From positions 42,673-106,672 of the forward strand of contig JBBFLA010000004.1 of the NCBI GenBank assembly GCA_037481795.1: a stretch of 64,000 bases of DNA, written 5' to 3'. The position numbers and the translations under genes are program-made. The first letter of the stretch is position 1; every line of letters starts with the position of its first letter. Below the pieces are notes generated by a model that saw only the letters and a list, made by a program, of their open reading frames with translations, ran no database searches and had not been told where the DNA came from. The DNA comes from Spirochaetota bacterium (lineage in GTDB: Bacteria; Spirochaetota; UBA4802; UB4802). This document shows, piece after piece, positions 18,899 to 29,233 of the stretch.

Positions 18899-19831
18899 AT
18901 GACAAAAAAAGATACCATTTTGCTTATAGTAAATCCCATAGCTGGCAGGGGAAAGGCATTAAGGTCTGTAGAAAGGATTGAGAATGATTTTAAAACTTTA
19001 AACATAAAGCATGATATTGTTTTAACAGAAAAAGTATGGCATGCAGCGGAATTAGCAGAAGATGCTGCTAAAAAAGGTTACCGTGCTGTTGTGGTGGCAA
19101 GTGGTGATGGTACTGCCAATGAAGTGTTAAACGGATTAATGTTAGCACGCAAAAAGGGGTATAATAAAACAGCTATGGGACAGATTCCGGTAGGAACTGG
19201 AAATGATTTTGCCTATGGAATGGGATTGCCCAATGATATAGATGAGTGTATAAAGATAATAGCAGACTTCAATGTCCGAAAGATTGATGTTGGTTTCATT
19301 AAAGGTGGAGATTATCCAGAAGGCAGATATTTTGGAAATGGCATAGGAATTGGCTTTGATGCTACAACCGGGTTTGTGGCTAGCAGAATACGGTTTTTAA
19401 GTGGTATGCTTGTATATCTTGTTGCAGCACTTCAGACTATTTTTATTTATTATAAAGCCCCGCGGCTTAGATTATCATATAATAATAAAGAATTAATTAT
19501 GGAAACCTTGCAGGTGTCTATTATGAATGGAAAACGCATGGGCGGTGGATTTCATTTTGCACCTGATGGTAGTCCGTTTGATGGTGCTTTAGATCTATGT
19601 CTTGTAAAGTCAATGAACCAGTTTAAAATATTCCGGATGATTCCATATTTCATTAAAGGCACGCAGGGCAAACGTAAAGAAGTAACACAGGAACGAACAA
19701 CAAAGATTGAAGTAGTTGCTGAAAAAGGCACATTGCCGGTACATTGTGATGGTGAAACTATTTGTTATGCAGGAAAGGAGATATTTATTCAACTATATCC
19801 TTCCGCACTGGATTTTATAACAAAGGCGTAA
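18899..19831 (+). CDS. Diacylglycerol-kinase-family lipid kinase (YegS/BmrU/DagK-like)
   Basis: DAGK catalytic domain with the GDGT motif (VVVASGDGTANEV); 310 aa. Confidence 0.8.
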   Translation: MTKKDTILLIVNPIAGRGKALRSVERIENDFKTLNIKHDIVLTEKVWHAAELAEDAAKKGYRAVVVASGDGTANEVLNGLMLARKKGYNKTAMGQIPVGTGNDFAYGMGLPNDIDECIKIIADFNVRKIDVGFIKGGDYPEGRYFGNGIGIGFDATTGFVASRIRFLSGMLVYLVAALQTIFIYYKAPRLRLSYNNKELIMETLQVSIMNGKRMGGGFHFAPDGSPFDGALDLCLVKSMNQFKIFRMIPYFIKGTQGKRKEVTQERTTKIEVVAEKGTLPVHCDGETICYAGKEIFIQLYPSALDFITKA

Positions 19832-19935
19832 TACTGTTTTGAGTGGTTGTCCAATGTCATTTCTATTATTATAGATAATATTATTGTAAGCATTGATAGA
19901 TATTACAAAGATTTAGATACTATAAAAAGTAAATT

Positions 19936-20877
19936 GTGAATGTTATTTCTATACATAAACTGATTATAATTATTTTCTATACTATTTTTTTGATTGTTAT
20001 TAATTCTATAAGCTATGCTGAAACTGTTTATCTGGAAACTAATACAGGTGTAGGTTATTCACAGGGAATAATTGGTGAATATGTATATGACAATAATCGC
20101 TTGTTAAGCAGATTAAACTGGAATATCGATTATTTATGGTATTATCACTTTTCAGTTGCTCTTGGGTATAACTCATTTTTTGCAAAAATTCAGGTGCACA
20201 ATGGCATAAATGATAAAATTGGGGCAATTGATGATTCAGACTGGGTAGATAAGAATAATCCTTCTACAAAAACACATTATTCAAAACATGATAATTATCT
20301 TGAAAGATATGCTTCATATAGTTGTAACATTGGGTTTAAAAGTGAAATTACTGAATCAATAAATTTAAAACCATATATAGGGTTTTTATATAAATCTCTT
20401 AAAATGTCTGCCCGAGATGGCTATCTGGAGTATCCACCAGGTTCACCAAAGGATCCTGTATATGGAGTTGGAATCATTTATGAACAGCGATATTATATCC
20501 CATTCATAGCATTGGCATCAGAAATTAATATTACTGAAACAATAGGAATTCTGGCAGGAATTTCGGTTAGTTTATTTGCATATGCTGAAGACATAGACAA
20601 TCATGTGCACCGCAATCCAGGTGATGATATTGATTTTTATGCCAACTATGAGGGCATTATCTATTTTCATGCTTATGCAGGATGTTTTCTGTCTTTGAAT
20701 GATACAATAAAGATTGCTCTTAGTATATTATATGAATATGTACCAGAACAGAAAGGTGATACGTATTATATAAATACTACTACTGGAATAAAATCAATTG
20801 TGTTTACTAACAGTGCCGGATTAAGCTATAAAACGTATTCATTACAGCTATCGCTTAACTATATTCTTAACTTTTAA
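19936..20877 (+). CDS. Omptin-family outer membrane aspartic protease (OmpT/Pla-like)
   Basis: Signal peptide; blocks match omptins as recalled from memory (LSRLNWNI vs OmpT LDWK; DSDWVDKNNPST vs DQDWMDSSNPGT; PVYGVGIIYEQRYYIPFIAL vs ERAIGYKQRFKMPYIGL). The two omptin catalytic pairs, D-x-D-W and D-x-H (DNH), are present. Start is GTG. Confidence 0.6.
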   Translation: MNVISIHKLIIIIFYTIFLIVINSISYAETVYLETNTGVGYSQGIIGEYVYDNNRLLSRLNWNIDYLWYYHFSVALGYNSFFAKIQVHNGINDKIGAIDDSDWVDKNNPSTKTHYSKHDNYLERYASYSCNIGFKSEITESINLKPYIGFLYKSLKMSARDGYLEYPPGSPKDPVYGVGIIYEQRYYIPFIALASEINITETIGILAGISVSLFAYAEDIDNHVHRNPGDDIDFYANYEGIIYFHAYAGCFLSLNDTIKIALSILYEYVPEQKGDTYYINTTTGIKSIVFTNSAGLSYKTYSLQLSLNYILNF

Positions 20878-20946
20878 AAAATATGGTAAAATTTAAACGT
20901 ACTTTATACTATAGTAATTATATTATTAAACTATTTTGAGGATTAT

Positions 20947-21369
20947 ATGGACAGGATCAGATATCGCACATTACGCAAATACAAATATCAACTTATGGAA
21001 GATTATTCGTTTAACACCAGTATTCATCTGGATAGTATTGTAGGGGTGACTAATTTTATAGATTTATTCCAGGATGGAACATTAAAGATATATAAAGGGT
21101 ATGCCTGGGATGGTCCCAGTGGTCCTACTATTGATACCAAAGATTTTATGCGGGGAAGCCTGGTTCATGATGCACTGTATCAGCTTATACGTGAAGAAAA
21201 GATTGAAAGGAAATATAAAGAATATGCCGACAAATTGTTGCATGATATCTGCAGAGAAGATGGTATGAACAAATTCAGGGCATGGTATGTATACTGGGCA
21301 GTTCGTTTATTTGGCAAAGCTGAAAAAAATCCCTACGATACCAGTGATACTATAATTGAGGCACCGTAA
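20947..21369 (+). CDS. DUF1353 domain protein
   Basis: YAWDGPSGP motif characteristic of DUF1353; RBS GAGGA. Confidence 0.55.
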   Translation: MDRIRYRTLRKYKYQLMEDYSFNTSIHLDSIVGVTNFIDLFQDGTLKIYKGYAWDGPSGPTIDTKDFMRGSLVHDALYQLIREEKIERKYKEYADKLLHDICREDGMNKFRAWYVYWAVRLFGKAEKNPYDTSDTIIEAP

Positions 21370-21372
21370 CAT

Positions 21373-21714
21373 CTACTCTTTGTATTTAATAACGTTTCCT
21401 TTTATATGAATTACATTAATAGTCCCCACAATCCAGTATTGCCGTTCAATCCACCAGGTAACTTCAATAATATCGTCACCGTTTTTCTGGTTGATAGCAT
21501 CAGATAGTGCCCTGTCAAAGTTAGCTAGTGGTGTTACATTAAAAAACCATAAAAGATTAAAATTGCTGGTGAATGATTCAGCATTCCCAACAATTTCATA
21601 ATCAGCTGATTTTAATGGGCGCACATTGGGTTCATATCCTGCCAAATGCAGAGTAGTTATACAGCCAGGAAAGAAAATTATGATACATAAAGCAATGGAC
21701 AGTAGCTGTTTCAT
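21373..21714 (-). CDS. Small lipoprotein, tandem paralog (possibly TRL-like)
   Basis: Lipobox LxGC; clearly alignable with the upstream 122-aa ORF (NFDRALSDAINQKNGDDIIEV...VIHIKGNVIKY vs DMDKAINNAIASKNGDALINV...VIVTGQVVKT). Confidence 0.55.
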   Translation of the reverse strand: MKQLLSIALCIIIFFPGCITTLHLAGYEPNVRPLKSADYEIVGNAESFTSNFNLLWFFNVTPLANFDRALSDAINQKNGDDIIEVTWWIERQYWIVGTINVIHIKGNVIKYKE

Positions 21715-21715
21715 A

Positions 21716-22084
21716 TTACCTCTTTTGCTTTGATTCTTTTATTTCAACCGGAACAGTTTTTACAACCTGACCGGTAACAATAACTTTTGTGATGCTGAAT
21801 AATACAAAGTAATAGTGCTTTTCGTACCATCGCACGTTAATAAGCGCATCACCATTTTTTGAAGCTATTGCGTTATTAATTGCCTTGTCCATATCAGGCT
21901 TTCCAATAGACCATAGCCCCAATAGTGACCATGACCAATCAGAACCTTCGGCCTGACCTAAATTTTCGGTAATGGTTTTGTTATAAAGGGGAGTTGATGA
22001 GGATGTCATCCCCATTGGAGTAACACAACTGGTTATAACAGCTGTTATCATAAATAGTAAAAGAAAGAGTATAAGTTTTTTCAT
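21716..22084 (-). CDS. Small lipoprotein, tandem paralog (possibly TRL-like)
   Basis: Lipobox ITSC; paralog of 21373..21714; 140 bp downstream of the TonB-dependent receptor on the same strand. Confidence 0.55.
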   Translation of the reverse strand: MKKLILFLLLFMITAVITSCVTPMGMTSSSTPLYNKTITENLGQAEGSDWSWSLLGLWSIGKPDMDKAINNAIASKNGDALINVRWYEKHYYFVLFSITKVIVTGQVVKTVPVEIKESKQKR

Positions 22085-22227
22085 TATCCAAAAACCTCCT
22101 GAATAATAAATTTTTTAATCCTGGTGGTTTCTATCGCCTTAACAAGGCAAAGATAGATCATATAATGATAAATACAAGTTTGCTTCATAAAAAAATTCAA
22201 CAAGCAAGTAAAACATATAATAAACAT

Positions 22228-24618
22228 TTAAAATTTAATTTCAACACCAAAGTTGGGAATTAAGTTTAATCCCTCTTGAGTTTTTAGTTTTGGATTATCT
22301 TCACCATATGGTTTGTAATAATTCCATGCTAAATCATTTTTAGGCTTATAGTTGTAAATATTAATGACTTCAATATACCATGAAACATAGCCCCATTCAT
22401 GGTTGGTTTTATGGCTGTAGCGTACATCTAAACGGTGTTCCCATGGGTATCGTTTTGAATGAAGGTTAGAATAGTCATAAATAGGAACATATCGCCCAGA
22501 GCTATCAGGGCTTTCATCGGAGGCAATAACTGGTGTATACGGGAATCCACTGTAAGCTTGAAAACGTGCACTGATGGTATGTTTCCCCAATGTATATCCA
22601 ATTACCATTTTTAAAGAATGTGGCTGCTCATACGCAAATGGGAACCATTTGTCTCTGTTGGGATCTATTGATGCACCTGTTTTAAACTTTGATCTGGTAT
22701 ATGTGTAATCAATCCATCCAAAGAAACCGTCAGCATTTTCTTCCTGGTCAATGCGTATTAATAATTCAAAACCATGTGCTTGTAGCTGTCCACTGCTTTT
22801 CCCTTCCTGAATTACATTACCGTTACTATCTTTTATAGGGTCATCCTGATACAGATTTTTAAAATGATTATAAAAACCTTCTGCTTTTATTGTTAAAAGC
22901 GATAGTTTCTGTTCAATGCTGATTGCATTATGATATGCACTTTGAGGCTTGTATTCATCACCTGCACCTGCTAAATTGGGCTGGAAATTAAACAAATTGG
23001 AATTCGTCTGAATAAAACCTGAATATTTTCCTGTTGCATACGATACGGTGGTTTGTGTGGGGAATTCGTAGCTAGCCATAAAACGGGGATCCACAGTTTG
23101 CTGTTTTGTGCGGGTCAGATAATCAGTACGTATTCCGGGAATAAGTGTCAGACCTCCAAATATAAATTTTTGCTCTGCATAAGCGCCCAATACATGATTA
23201 TTAAATTTCTGACCTAAAGGAATTCTGGTGGCTAAATTGGGATCACCAAAGTCGGGGATATTATATAATGGTGCATTAAGAACCAGCGTATATCCATCAT
23301 TTGTGAAATGGTACAATGTGTATTCTAACGCTCCGCGGAACTGGGCATGATCCTTCCACCATTCCAGCTTGATTTTTTCTTTTACACCATAAATATATGG
23401 TTTAGAGGTGATATGCAGGTCTTTTACCCAATCAGCAGCATCAACAGATGGAATATTGAGGTAATTATAACTGTTAGTGAATGAGCCAAACATGGTGATT
23501 GTGTTTTCAAAGCTGCTTACGGGCTGCCACCGATAATATACGCCAAGCGCATGTGAGCCCAGATTATTTTTAAATTCAAACGAAGCAAGCAATGGATCCA
23601 CTTCTTCTGGAGGGGTTGATTCATTAATGAATTTTATATAATCATATGCGCCAAAGAACAGAAATGTTATGGATTGTGTTTTTGTAAAATAATATTTCCC
23701 TTTGAACTGGTAATCCCAGTATTCAGGTACTGATTCAATCTCATCGCCGGTAAGCAACTTGTATATTGCAGGTACAAATAACGATAAGTATGCATAGCGT
23801 CCGGATACTATCCAGTAGCCTACCGTTTCTTCCTGGTTTGTTGCTTCATTATATTCTGTTACTGGTGATTTAAGCAGTAAATTTGATGATATTAATCCAA
23901 CATCAGCTGAACCACCAAATTCTTTGACCGTGTCAACTGTATTTATTGATATGACAGCACCAATGGCATTTGCATACGGAGATGGAAAACTTGAAGAATA
24001 CAGGTCAATTTCACTCATAAGGTCATTATTGATAATAGAATGTATGGCGCCGAAATGTTGTGGATTATAAACGGGTATATCGTCAATGAAATAACCATTA
24101 AAGCTGGGATCAGCACCACGAATAACCAGAGGTCCAAAAAAACCACCGGTGCGTATGACACCTGGCAATGATGTCAATGCATTCAAAGAATCGCCAAATG
24201 ATGCGGGCACTGCTTTTAGATCTTTAACAGTAAGTGTGTAGCGCGATACCTTTTGTATGTCGCGTTCACCGGTTATGGTTAACGCTGCTCCTTTAATGGC
24301 AAGCGGCTGAAGCACAATATCTTTTTGAATAACACCGTTTATTGCAACAGTGAAGGTCACAGGTTTAAAACCAGATGATGAGATTATCAGTGTGTAGGTG
24401 CCTGGTTTTTCAACCAGTATGCTATATGAACCATCAGCTTTTGTATAAAACTTCTGTTTCACTTCAGGTATGGCTATAGTTGCAAAATCAACTGGCTTTT
24501 TGGTGGCCTGTGAATAGATTCTTCCCTGTATTGCATATTGATTTTGTCCCATGGCAATGTTACTTATACAGGTAACTATCACCCATAATAATACTATTTT
24601 TTTCTTAATTGAAATCAT
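22228..24618 (-). CDS. TonB-dependent outer membrane receptor with N-terminal carboxypeptidase-regulatory-like domain
   Basis: 796 aa; signal peptide; CarbopepD_reg-like GRIYSQATKKPVDFATIAI; plug and 22-strand barrel-length C-terminal region ending in aromatic F. Confidence 0.85.
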   Translation of the reverse strand: MISIKKKIVLLWVIVTCISNIAMGQNQYAIQGRIYSQATKKPVDFATIAIPEVKQKFYTKADGSYSILVEKPGTYTLIISSSGFKPVTFTVAINGVIQKDIVLQPLAIKGAALTITGERDIQKVSRYTLTVKDLKAVPASFGDSLNALTSLPGVIRTGGFFGPLVIRGADPSFNGYFIDDIPVYNPQHFGAIHSIINNDLMSEIDLYSSSFPSPYANAIGAVISINTVDTVKEFGGSADVGLISSNLLLKSPVTEYNEATNQEETVGYWIVSGRYAYLSLFVPAIYKLLTGDEIESVPEYWDYQFKGKYYFTKTQSITFLFFGAYDYIKFINESTPPEEVDPLLASFEFKNNLGSHALGVYYRWQPVSSFENTITMFGSFTNSYNYLNIPSVDAADWVKDLHITSKPYIYGVKEKIKLEWWKDHAQFRGALEYTLYHFTNDGYTLVLNAPLYNIPDFGDPNLATRIPLGQKFNNHVLGAYAEQKFIFGGLTLIPGIRTDYLTRTKQQTVDPRFMASYEFPTQTTVSYATGKYSGFIQTNSNLFNFQPNLAGAGDEYKPQSAYHNAISIEQKLSLLTIKAEGFYNHFKNLYQDDPIKDSNGNVIQEGKSSGQLQAHGFELLIRIDQEENADGFFGWIDYTYTRSKFKTGASIDPNRDKWFPFAYEQPHSLKMVIGYTLGKHTISARFQAYSGFPYTPVIASDESPDSSGRYVPIYDYSNLHSKRYPWEHRLDVRYSHKTNHEWGYVSWYIEVINIYNYKPKNDLAWNYYKPYGEDNPKLKTQEGLNLIPNFGVEIKF

Positions 24619-24621
24619 ACC

Positions 24622-25251
24622 TTATTCCAGTTTAAATTGCATTGGTAATTCCATTTTTATTGCCACACGCTGCCCATTAATAATGGGTGGCGTAAACCTT
24701 GCCTGGGTAAGTATTGAGTATGCTGCTTTTGAAAATTCTTTGCTCAATACATTGTATTGCTCCGGCGGGAGATCTTTTGATAGACGTATCGATAGTATCT
24801 GGACAGTTGAAACTTTTCCATCGGGAGCTATGACTATTTCAACGTTTACATTTGCTTCAACATTCTTTTCACGAGCTGATTGGGGATAGATTTTCTTTAA
24901 CGCTCCAATAGGCTTAGGAGGAACGATGTTGGGATAAAATGAAATATCAAAGACTTCTGATTCATCTGAAAGACCAATAGCTCTATCAGTTGCTGATGGG
25001 GTAGCCTGCCCTGTGGTGGTTGATATTTCTTTTGTTGCTATTCGCTTTGATTGTGCAGTAACGGTTTCAATATTGATAAATTCTAAGCTGTCAGCTACTT
25101 CAGGCATATCGGCAACATAGATTGGTGCTGTGAAAAAAAGGGTGAATGCTGCTATGCATGAAGAAATAATGAATGAAAAAATATAAGGATGTTGCTGTTG
25201 AAATTTGGTTATATTCTTTAGCATCAAATTATATGTTTGGCCAACTGGCAT
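24622..25251 (-). CDS. tonB: Energy transducer TonB
   Basis: N-terminal TM, Pro-containing linker, C-terminal TonB_C-like domain; operon position after exbD. Confidence 0.7.
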   Translation of the reverse strand: MPVGQTYNLMLKNITKFQQQHPYIFSFIISSCIAAFTLFFTAPIYVADMPEVADSLEFINIETVTAQSKRIATKEISTTTGQATPSATDRAIGLSDESEVFDISFYPNIVPPKPIGALKKIYPQSAREKNVEANVNVEIVIAPDGKVSTVQILSIRLSKDLPPEQYNVLSKEFSKAAYSILTQARFTPPIINGQRVAIKMELPMQFKLE

Positions 25252-25655
25252 TATTGTTCTTCCCGTGGCTGAGATATAAAAACAACATTGAGAAAGTCAT
25301 ATTGTCTCAATATATTAATAACATCTGCAACAACTGAATATGGTAAATCTTTATCCGCTGTTATTGAAACTATCCTGTCCTTTTCATTCTGGCGTATTGC
25401 TAACTGGTCTTTGATATCTTCAATGGATGATTCTTTGCCGTCAAAATACAAATTGCCTTCTTTTGATATAGAAATATAAATACTGTCCTGTTCTGCTCCC
25501 TGGGTTACAGCTTGTGGCAATTCAGCGGTTACGCCTTTTGGTGGTTCTGTAGATGTTGTTGCCATAAAAAATACTAAAAGCAGCATGGCCATATCAGCTG
25601 CCGATGCTCCCAGAGAAAACGAACGCAGTTTTTTTAAAAAGGAACTCTGTACCAT
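25251..25655 (-). CDS. exbD: Biopolymer transport protein ExbD/TolR
   Basis: 134 aa; single N-terminal TM; ExbD-like periplasmic domain (ISITADKDLPYSVVADVINILRQ). Confidence 0.8.
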   Translation of the reverse strand: MVQSSFLKKLRSFSLGASAADMAMLLLVFFMATTSTEPPKGVTAELPQAVTQGAEQDSIYISISKEGNLYFDGKESSIEDIKDQLAIRQNEKDRIVSITADKDLPYSVVADVINILRQYDFLNVVFISQPREEQ

Positions 25656-25657
25656 AC

Positions 25658-26083
25658 TTACCGCTCATTATATTTTAATGATATTCGGGATAAACCACTT
25701 TCACGAATGGCACTGAGAGTATCAACAAGTCTTTCGTATTTGATATTTGGCTTCATATAAATTATTGACACAGATTCATTTGTTTGCGATTTGCGTACCG
25801 TTAAGTATTGTAAAAGTTCTTTTCTACCTAACACCTTCCCATCAACAATAAATCCATTATCCTGAGGATAAATTTCAATAACCTGCGATGGTTCAACTTT
25901 TACTGTTCCGGCATTTAACGATGGGAGAGTTAAGAATACTCCCTGGCGTATAATAAATGAAGCGGTGACAATAAAAAATATCAAAAGGTTAAACGATAAA
26001 TCTGCAATTGGCGTTGTATCAAACTCAATGAGCTGTGATTGTTTATGCTGCTGTTTACTTTTACGAGCCAACCAGTACATCAT
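25658..26083 (-). CDS. exbD: Biopolymer transport protein ExbD/TolR (second copy)
   Basis: 141 aa; same architecture as the downstream ExbD; 4-nt overlap with exbB. Confidence 0.75.
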   Translation of the reverse strand: MMYWLARKSKQQHKQSQLIEFDTTPIADLSFNLLIFFIVTASFIIRQGVFLTLPSLNAGTVKVEPSQVIEIYPQDNGFIVDGKVLGRKELLQYLTVRKSQTNESVSIIYMKPNIKYERLVDTLSAIRESGLSRISLKYNER

Positions 26084-26745
26084 ACACCTTCAAGTGTTGT
26101 AGTATTTTCAATCTGTGAATATCGTGGTAATTGTTTTGTTTTTACGATGATAAGTTCAGATGCTTTTGCGTATACATTTTGTAAGAGGTGAACATAGAAA
26201 TGGTAAAATGCTAATGTGGGTACAGCTATGGATAATCCACCTGCAGTTGTGATAAGAGCAATCTGTATACCAACGGCAACCACCTTTGCGTTAACTGTTG
26301 TTGCTGCTGCAATTGAAGCAAATGCTGCGATCATCCCCTGCACGGTACCAAAAAATCCAATGATTGGTGCTAAATTACCTACAGCATTAAGCAGTACCAG
26401 TCCTTTTTCAAGCTGAGTATAATAAACCTGCATATTTTTTTCAAGGTCATCTATTGCTTCTTCACGGAACCTGTATGTGTTTTGATTGAGCAATTCATTC
26501 AATTTATTTTCAATATGCATTGTATCCCATATTTTGATTTTGAAATAAAATAAAGAACGTTCTATAATAATGGTTAAACCTACGATACCTAAAAACAGTA
26601 TAGGCCACATCAGAATTCCACCCTGCCTGAAGGTAGTCCATAAATTGGATGAATTGGGCGATAGTTCTTGAGCAAATAATGGTTGACTTAAAAAAAGAAT
26701 AATGAACGTTACTATTTTGTTCATACAGAACCTCATTAAAAACAA
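26080..26745 (-). CDS. exbB: MotA/TolQ/ExbB proton-channel family protein
   Basis: 221 aa; 3 TM helices; conserved TolQ/ExbB region LAPIIGFFGTVQGMIAAF. Confidence 0.85.
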   Translation of the reverse strand: MFLMRFCMNKIVTFIILFLSQPLFAQELSPNSSNLWTTFRQGGILMWPILFLGIVGLTIIIERSLFYFKIKIWDTMHIENKLNELLNQNTYRFREEAIDDLEKNMQVYYTQLEKGLVLLNAVGNLAPIIGFFGTVQGMIAAFASIAAATTVNAKVVAVGIQIALITTAGGLSIAVPTLAFYHFYVHLLQNVYAKASELIIVKTKQLPRYSQIENTTTLEGV

Positions 26746-26850
26746 TTCTTGAAGTTAAAAGGATTCGATTGAACATATTCCAAATTTAAAGTTATGTCAA
26801 TCACTTTATTAATCAAAACGCTGGAAACTAATATTCAGAGGTAACATTAC

Positions 26851-27858
26851 ATGAACATTCTTATAACTGGTACTGCAGGATTTATTGGTTTTTATACTGC
26901 ATTGCGATTTTTACAGGAAGGGCATACTGTTATCGGTATTGATACCATCAACAGTTATTATGATGTATCGCTCAAAGAAGCGCGTAATACCATTTTGAAG
27001 CAAAATGATAATTATATCTTTTATCACAGTGATATAGCCAATTACCAGGAACTATCGAACATATTTAAAAAACATACATGTGACTATGTAGTACATCTGG
27101 CTGCGCAGGCAGGTGTGCGATATAGTTTGGACCATCCGTTTGACTATGTTCACAGCAATATTGTAGGGTTCATGAATATACTTGAATGTTGCAGACATAA
27201 TCATGTTAAACATTTAGTATATGCTTCTTCAAGTTCGGTATATGGATTAAATTCCTGTGTGCCTTTTTCTGTGCATGATAATGTTGACCATCCTGTTTCA
27301 CTGTATGCTGCAACTAAAAAGTCAAATGAACTTTTTGCACATTGCTACTCACATTTATATTCAATCCCATCAAGCGGATTGCGCTTTTTTACTGTATATG
27401 GTCCATGGGGTAGGCCGGATATGGCTTATTTCAAATTTACAAAAGCAATCTTTGATGATAAACCTATTGATGTGTATAACTTTGGTGATATGGAGCGTGA
27501 TTTTACCTATATTGATGATATTGTGGAAGGTGTATACCGAATAACCTTTACAGTACCACAAGGTCAACCCGAATTTGATACCATGCATCCAGATCCTGCT
27601 TCAAGTAGTGCACCGTTTAGAATTTACAATATTGGCAATAATAAACCAGTGCAGTTAATGTATTTTATTGAAGTCCTTGAAAGGGAAATTGGCAAAAAAG
27701 CTAAAATAAACTTTTTGCCCATGCAGCCAGGTGATGTGCTTGCTACATTTGCAGATATTGATGAACTTACTGATGCAGTAGGTTATAGACCAGTAACTTC
27801 AATAGAAGAGGGGCTGCATAAATTTGTACAATGGTATAAAGAGTATTATAAGGTTTAA
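26851..27858 (+). CDS. NAD-dependent nucleotide-sugar epimerase (UDP-glucuronate 4-epimerase-like, SDR family)
   Basis: GTAGFIGF Rossmann motif, catalytic YAATK, SSSSVYG; 335 aa. Confidence 0.8.
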   Translation: MNILITGTAGFIGFYTALRFLQEGHTVIGIDTINSYYDVSLKEARNTILKQNDNYIFYHSDIANYQELSNIFKKHTCDYVVHLAAQAGVRYSLDHPFDYVHSNIVGFMNILECCRHNHVKHLVYASSSSVYGLNSCVPFSVHDNVDHPVSLYAATKKSNELFAHCYSHLYSIPSSGLRFFTVYGPWGRPDMAYFKFTKAIFDDKPIDVYNFGDMERDFTYIDDIVEGVYRITFTVPQGQPEFDTMHPDPASSSAPFRIYNIGNNKPVQLMYFIEVLEREIGKKAKINFLPMQPGDVLATFADIDELTDAVGYRPVTSIEEGLHKFVQWYKEYYKV

Positions 27859-27909
27859 TTATTACCATGAATGCTTGTGCAACTTCAACAGCAGGAACTA
27901 TACTATAAT

Positions 27910-28428
27910 TTAATTGTCTTTCAATGATTGAAGGAGTGTTTCTATGGTAGTTTTGTATGAACCCTGTGTATCGTATTGCATAGATTTCTGCAAATAGGTT
28001 TTTGCCAAAACTGTATCATTAATCTGGATATAACAAAGTGATGCATTTATCAGTGCTGCTGCCTTGATATACGTGTATCGATCCATTGTATAGCGCTCAC
28101 TGGCCAAAAAATACAACACTGCTTTTTTATATTCACCTAAGTGATAAAAATTTTTCCCAATGTAATAGTTAGCAATACCTTGAATAACCTGATTATCAGT
28201 ATTCTGGTTTATACATTCCTGAAATGAGTCAATTGACAAATCGTATAGTTTGTCTTTATAGGCAATATAGCTGGCGTAAAGAAGGTTTTTATTTTCTATT
28301 GTTATGTTTTGAATCAATGTATTCCAGAATTCTCTGTCTTCTTCTACTATTGTAGTGGTAAGTTGTGCCCATACTGATTGCAATAGAAGAAATAAAAGTA
28401 TAGAATATTTTATGAATTTTTTAATCAT
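27910..28428 (-). CDS. Secreted TPR-like repeat protein (hypothetical)
   Basis: Signal peptide; helical Tyr/Ala-rich repeats. Confidence 0.45.
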   Translation of the reverse strand: MIKKFIKYSILLFLLLQSVWAQLTTTIVEEDREFWNTLIQNITIENKNLLYASYIAYKDKLYDLSIDSFQECINQNTDNQVIQGIANYYIGKNFYHLGEYKKAVLYFLASERYTMDRYTYIKAAALINASLCYIQINDTVLAKTYLQKSMQYDTQGSYKTTIETLLQSLKDN

Positions 28429-29233
28429 GATATGTTTACCTGATACTTGCCAATCTTATTAGCAAATTTTACAAAAGATATAAATCTTTTGCAAGTAAAT
28501 TATTTTTTTTAATGCTTAAGGTAAAAGAAAAATAGAACTCTTTTGAAATCACATTCACAAACATGCTTGCATTTGTTTTTCTTTATAATCAACAACTCCA
28601 GGACGCATATAGTTTAAAATATTAATGACATCCTGTACATTAATTTATATGGTTTCAGCCATATTATTAATATTTGCACTCTTGCTCTTTTTTTTAATGG
28701 GTTTCATGTTATTAAAATATTGGAAAATAATTATACGGATTATAACATTATGAAAAAACTATCTTCAAGCTTGACTTTATTTTACAAAAAAATATTCCCA
28801 GCTATATGGTTTGGTTTTCTTTTTTTTGATTACTTTAGTATTAACATCAGAGATTTTAATTAATCCGCTACGTGTAACCTTAAGCCTTAGAATAGAAACA
28901 CCATTTGGCAAAGAATTTTCATTTAGTCCTAAAAGTAGTTTTATTCCATTTAAAAAGACTAAAGAAATTATTAATCTTATTGATAGAGTTGATAGTATTA
29001 GAAGGGAAAAATATTAGTTAATTTGCGATAATAATAAAAATTATTTTTCCATGCAAAAAATGACCTGATCCCGAAAATATTTCTTAAAATAAAATAGAGC
29101 AAGTTTTCCATAAACCTAAGTTTGTGATCTCTTTTGAAATTTATTGCAATTGATTATATAATGAAACTCTGTTTTACCATAATTTTCTGGTATATAGACT
29201 CTTTCAATTTTAAAATGCAAATGGATACTATAC

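Noticed and set aside
28811-29017. 68-codon ORF in the long AT-rich intergenic region
   Set aside because: No RBS, low-complexity hydrophobic start, no homology recognised. Kept only as part of the region-level finding.
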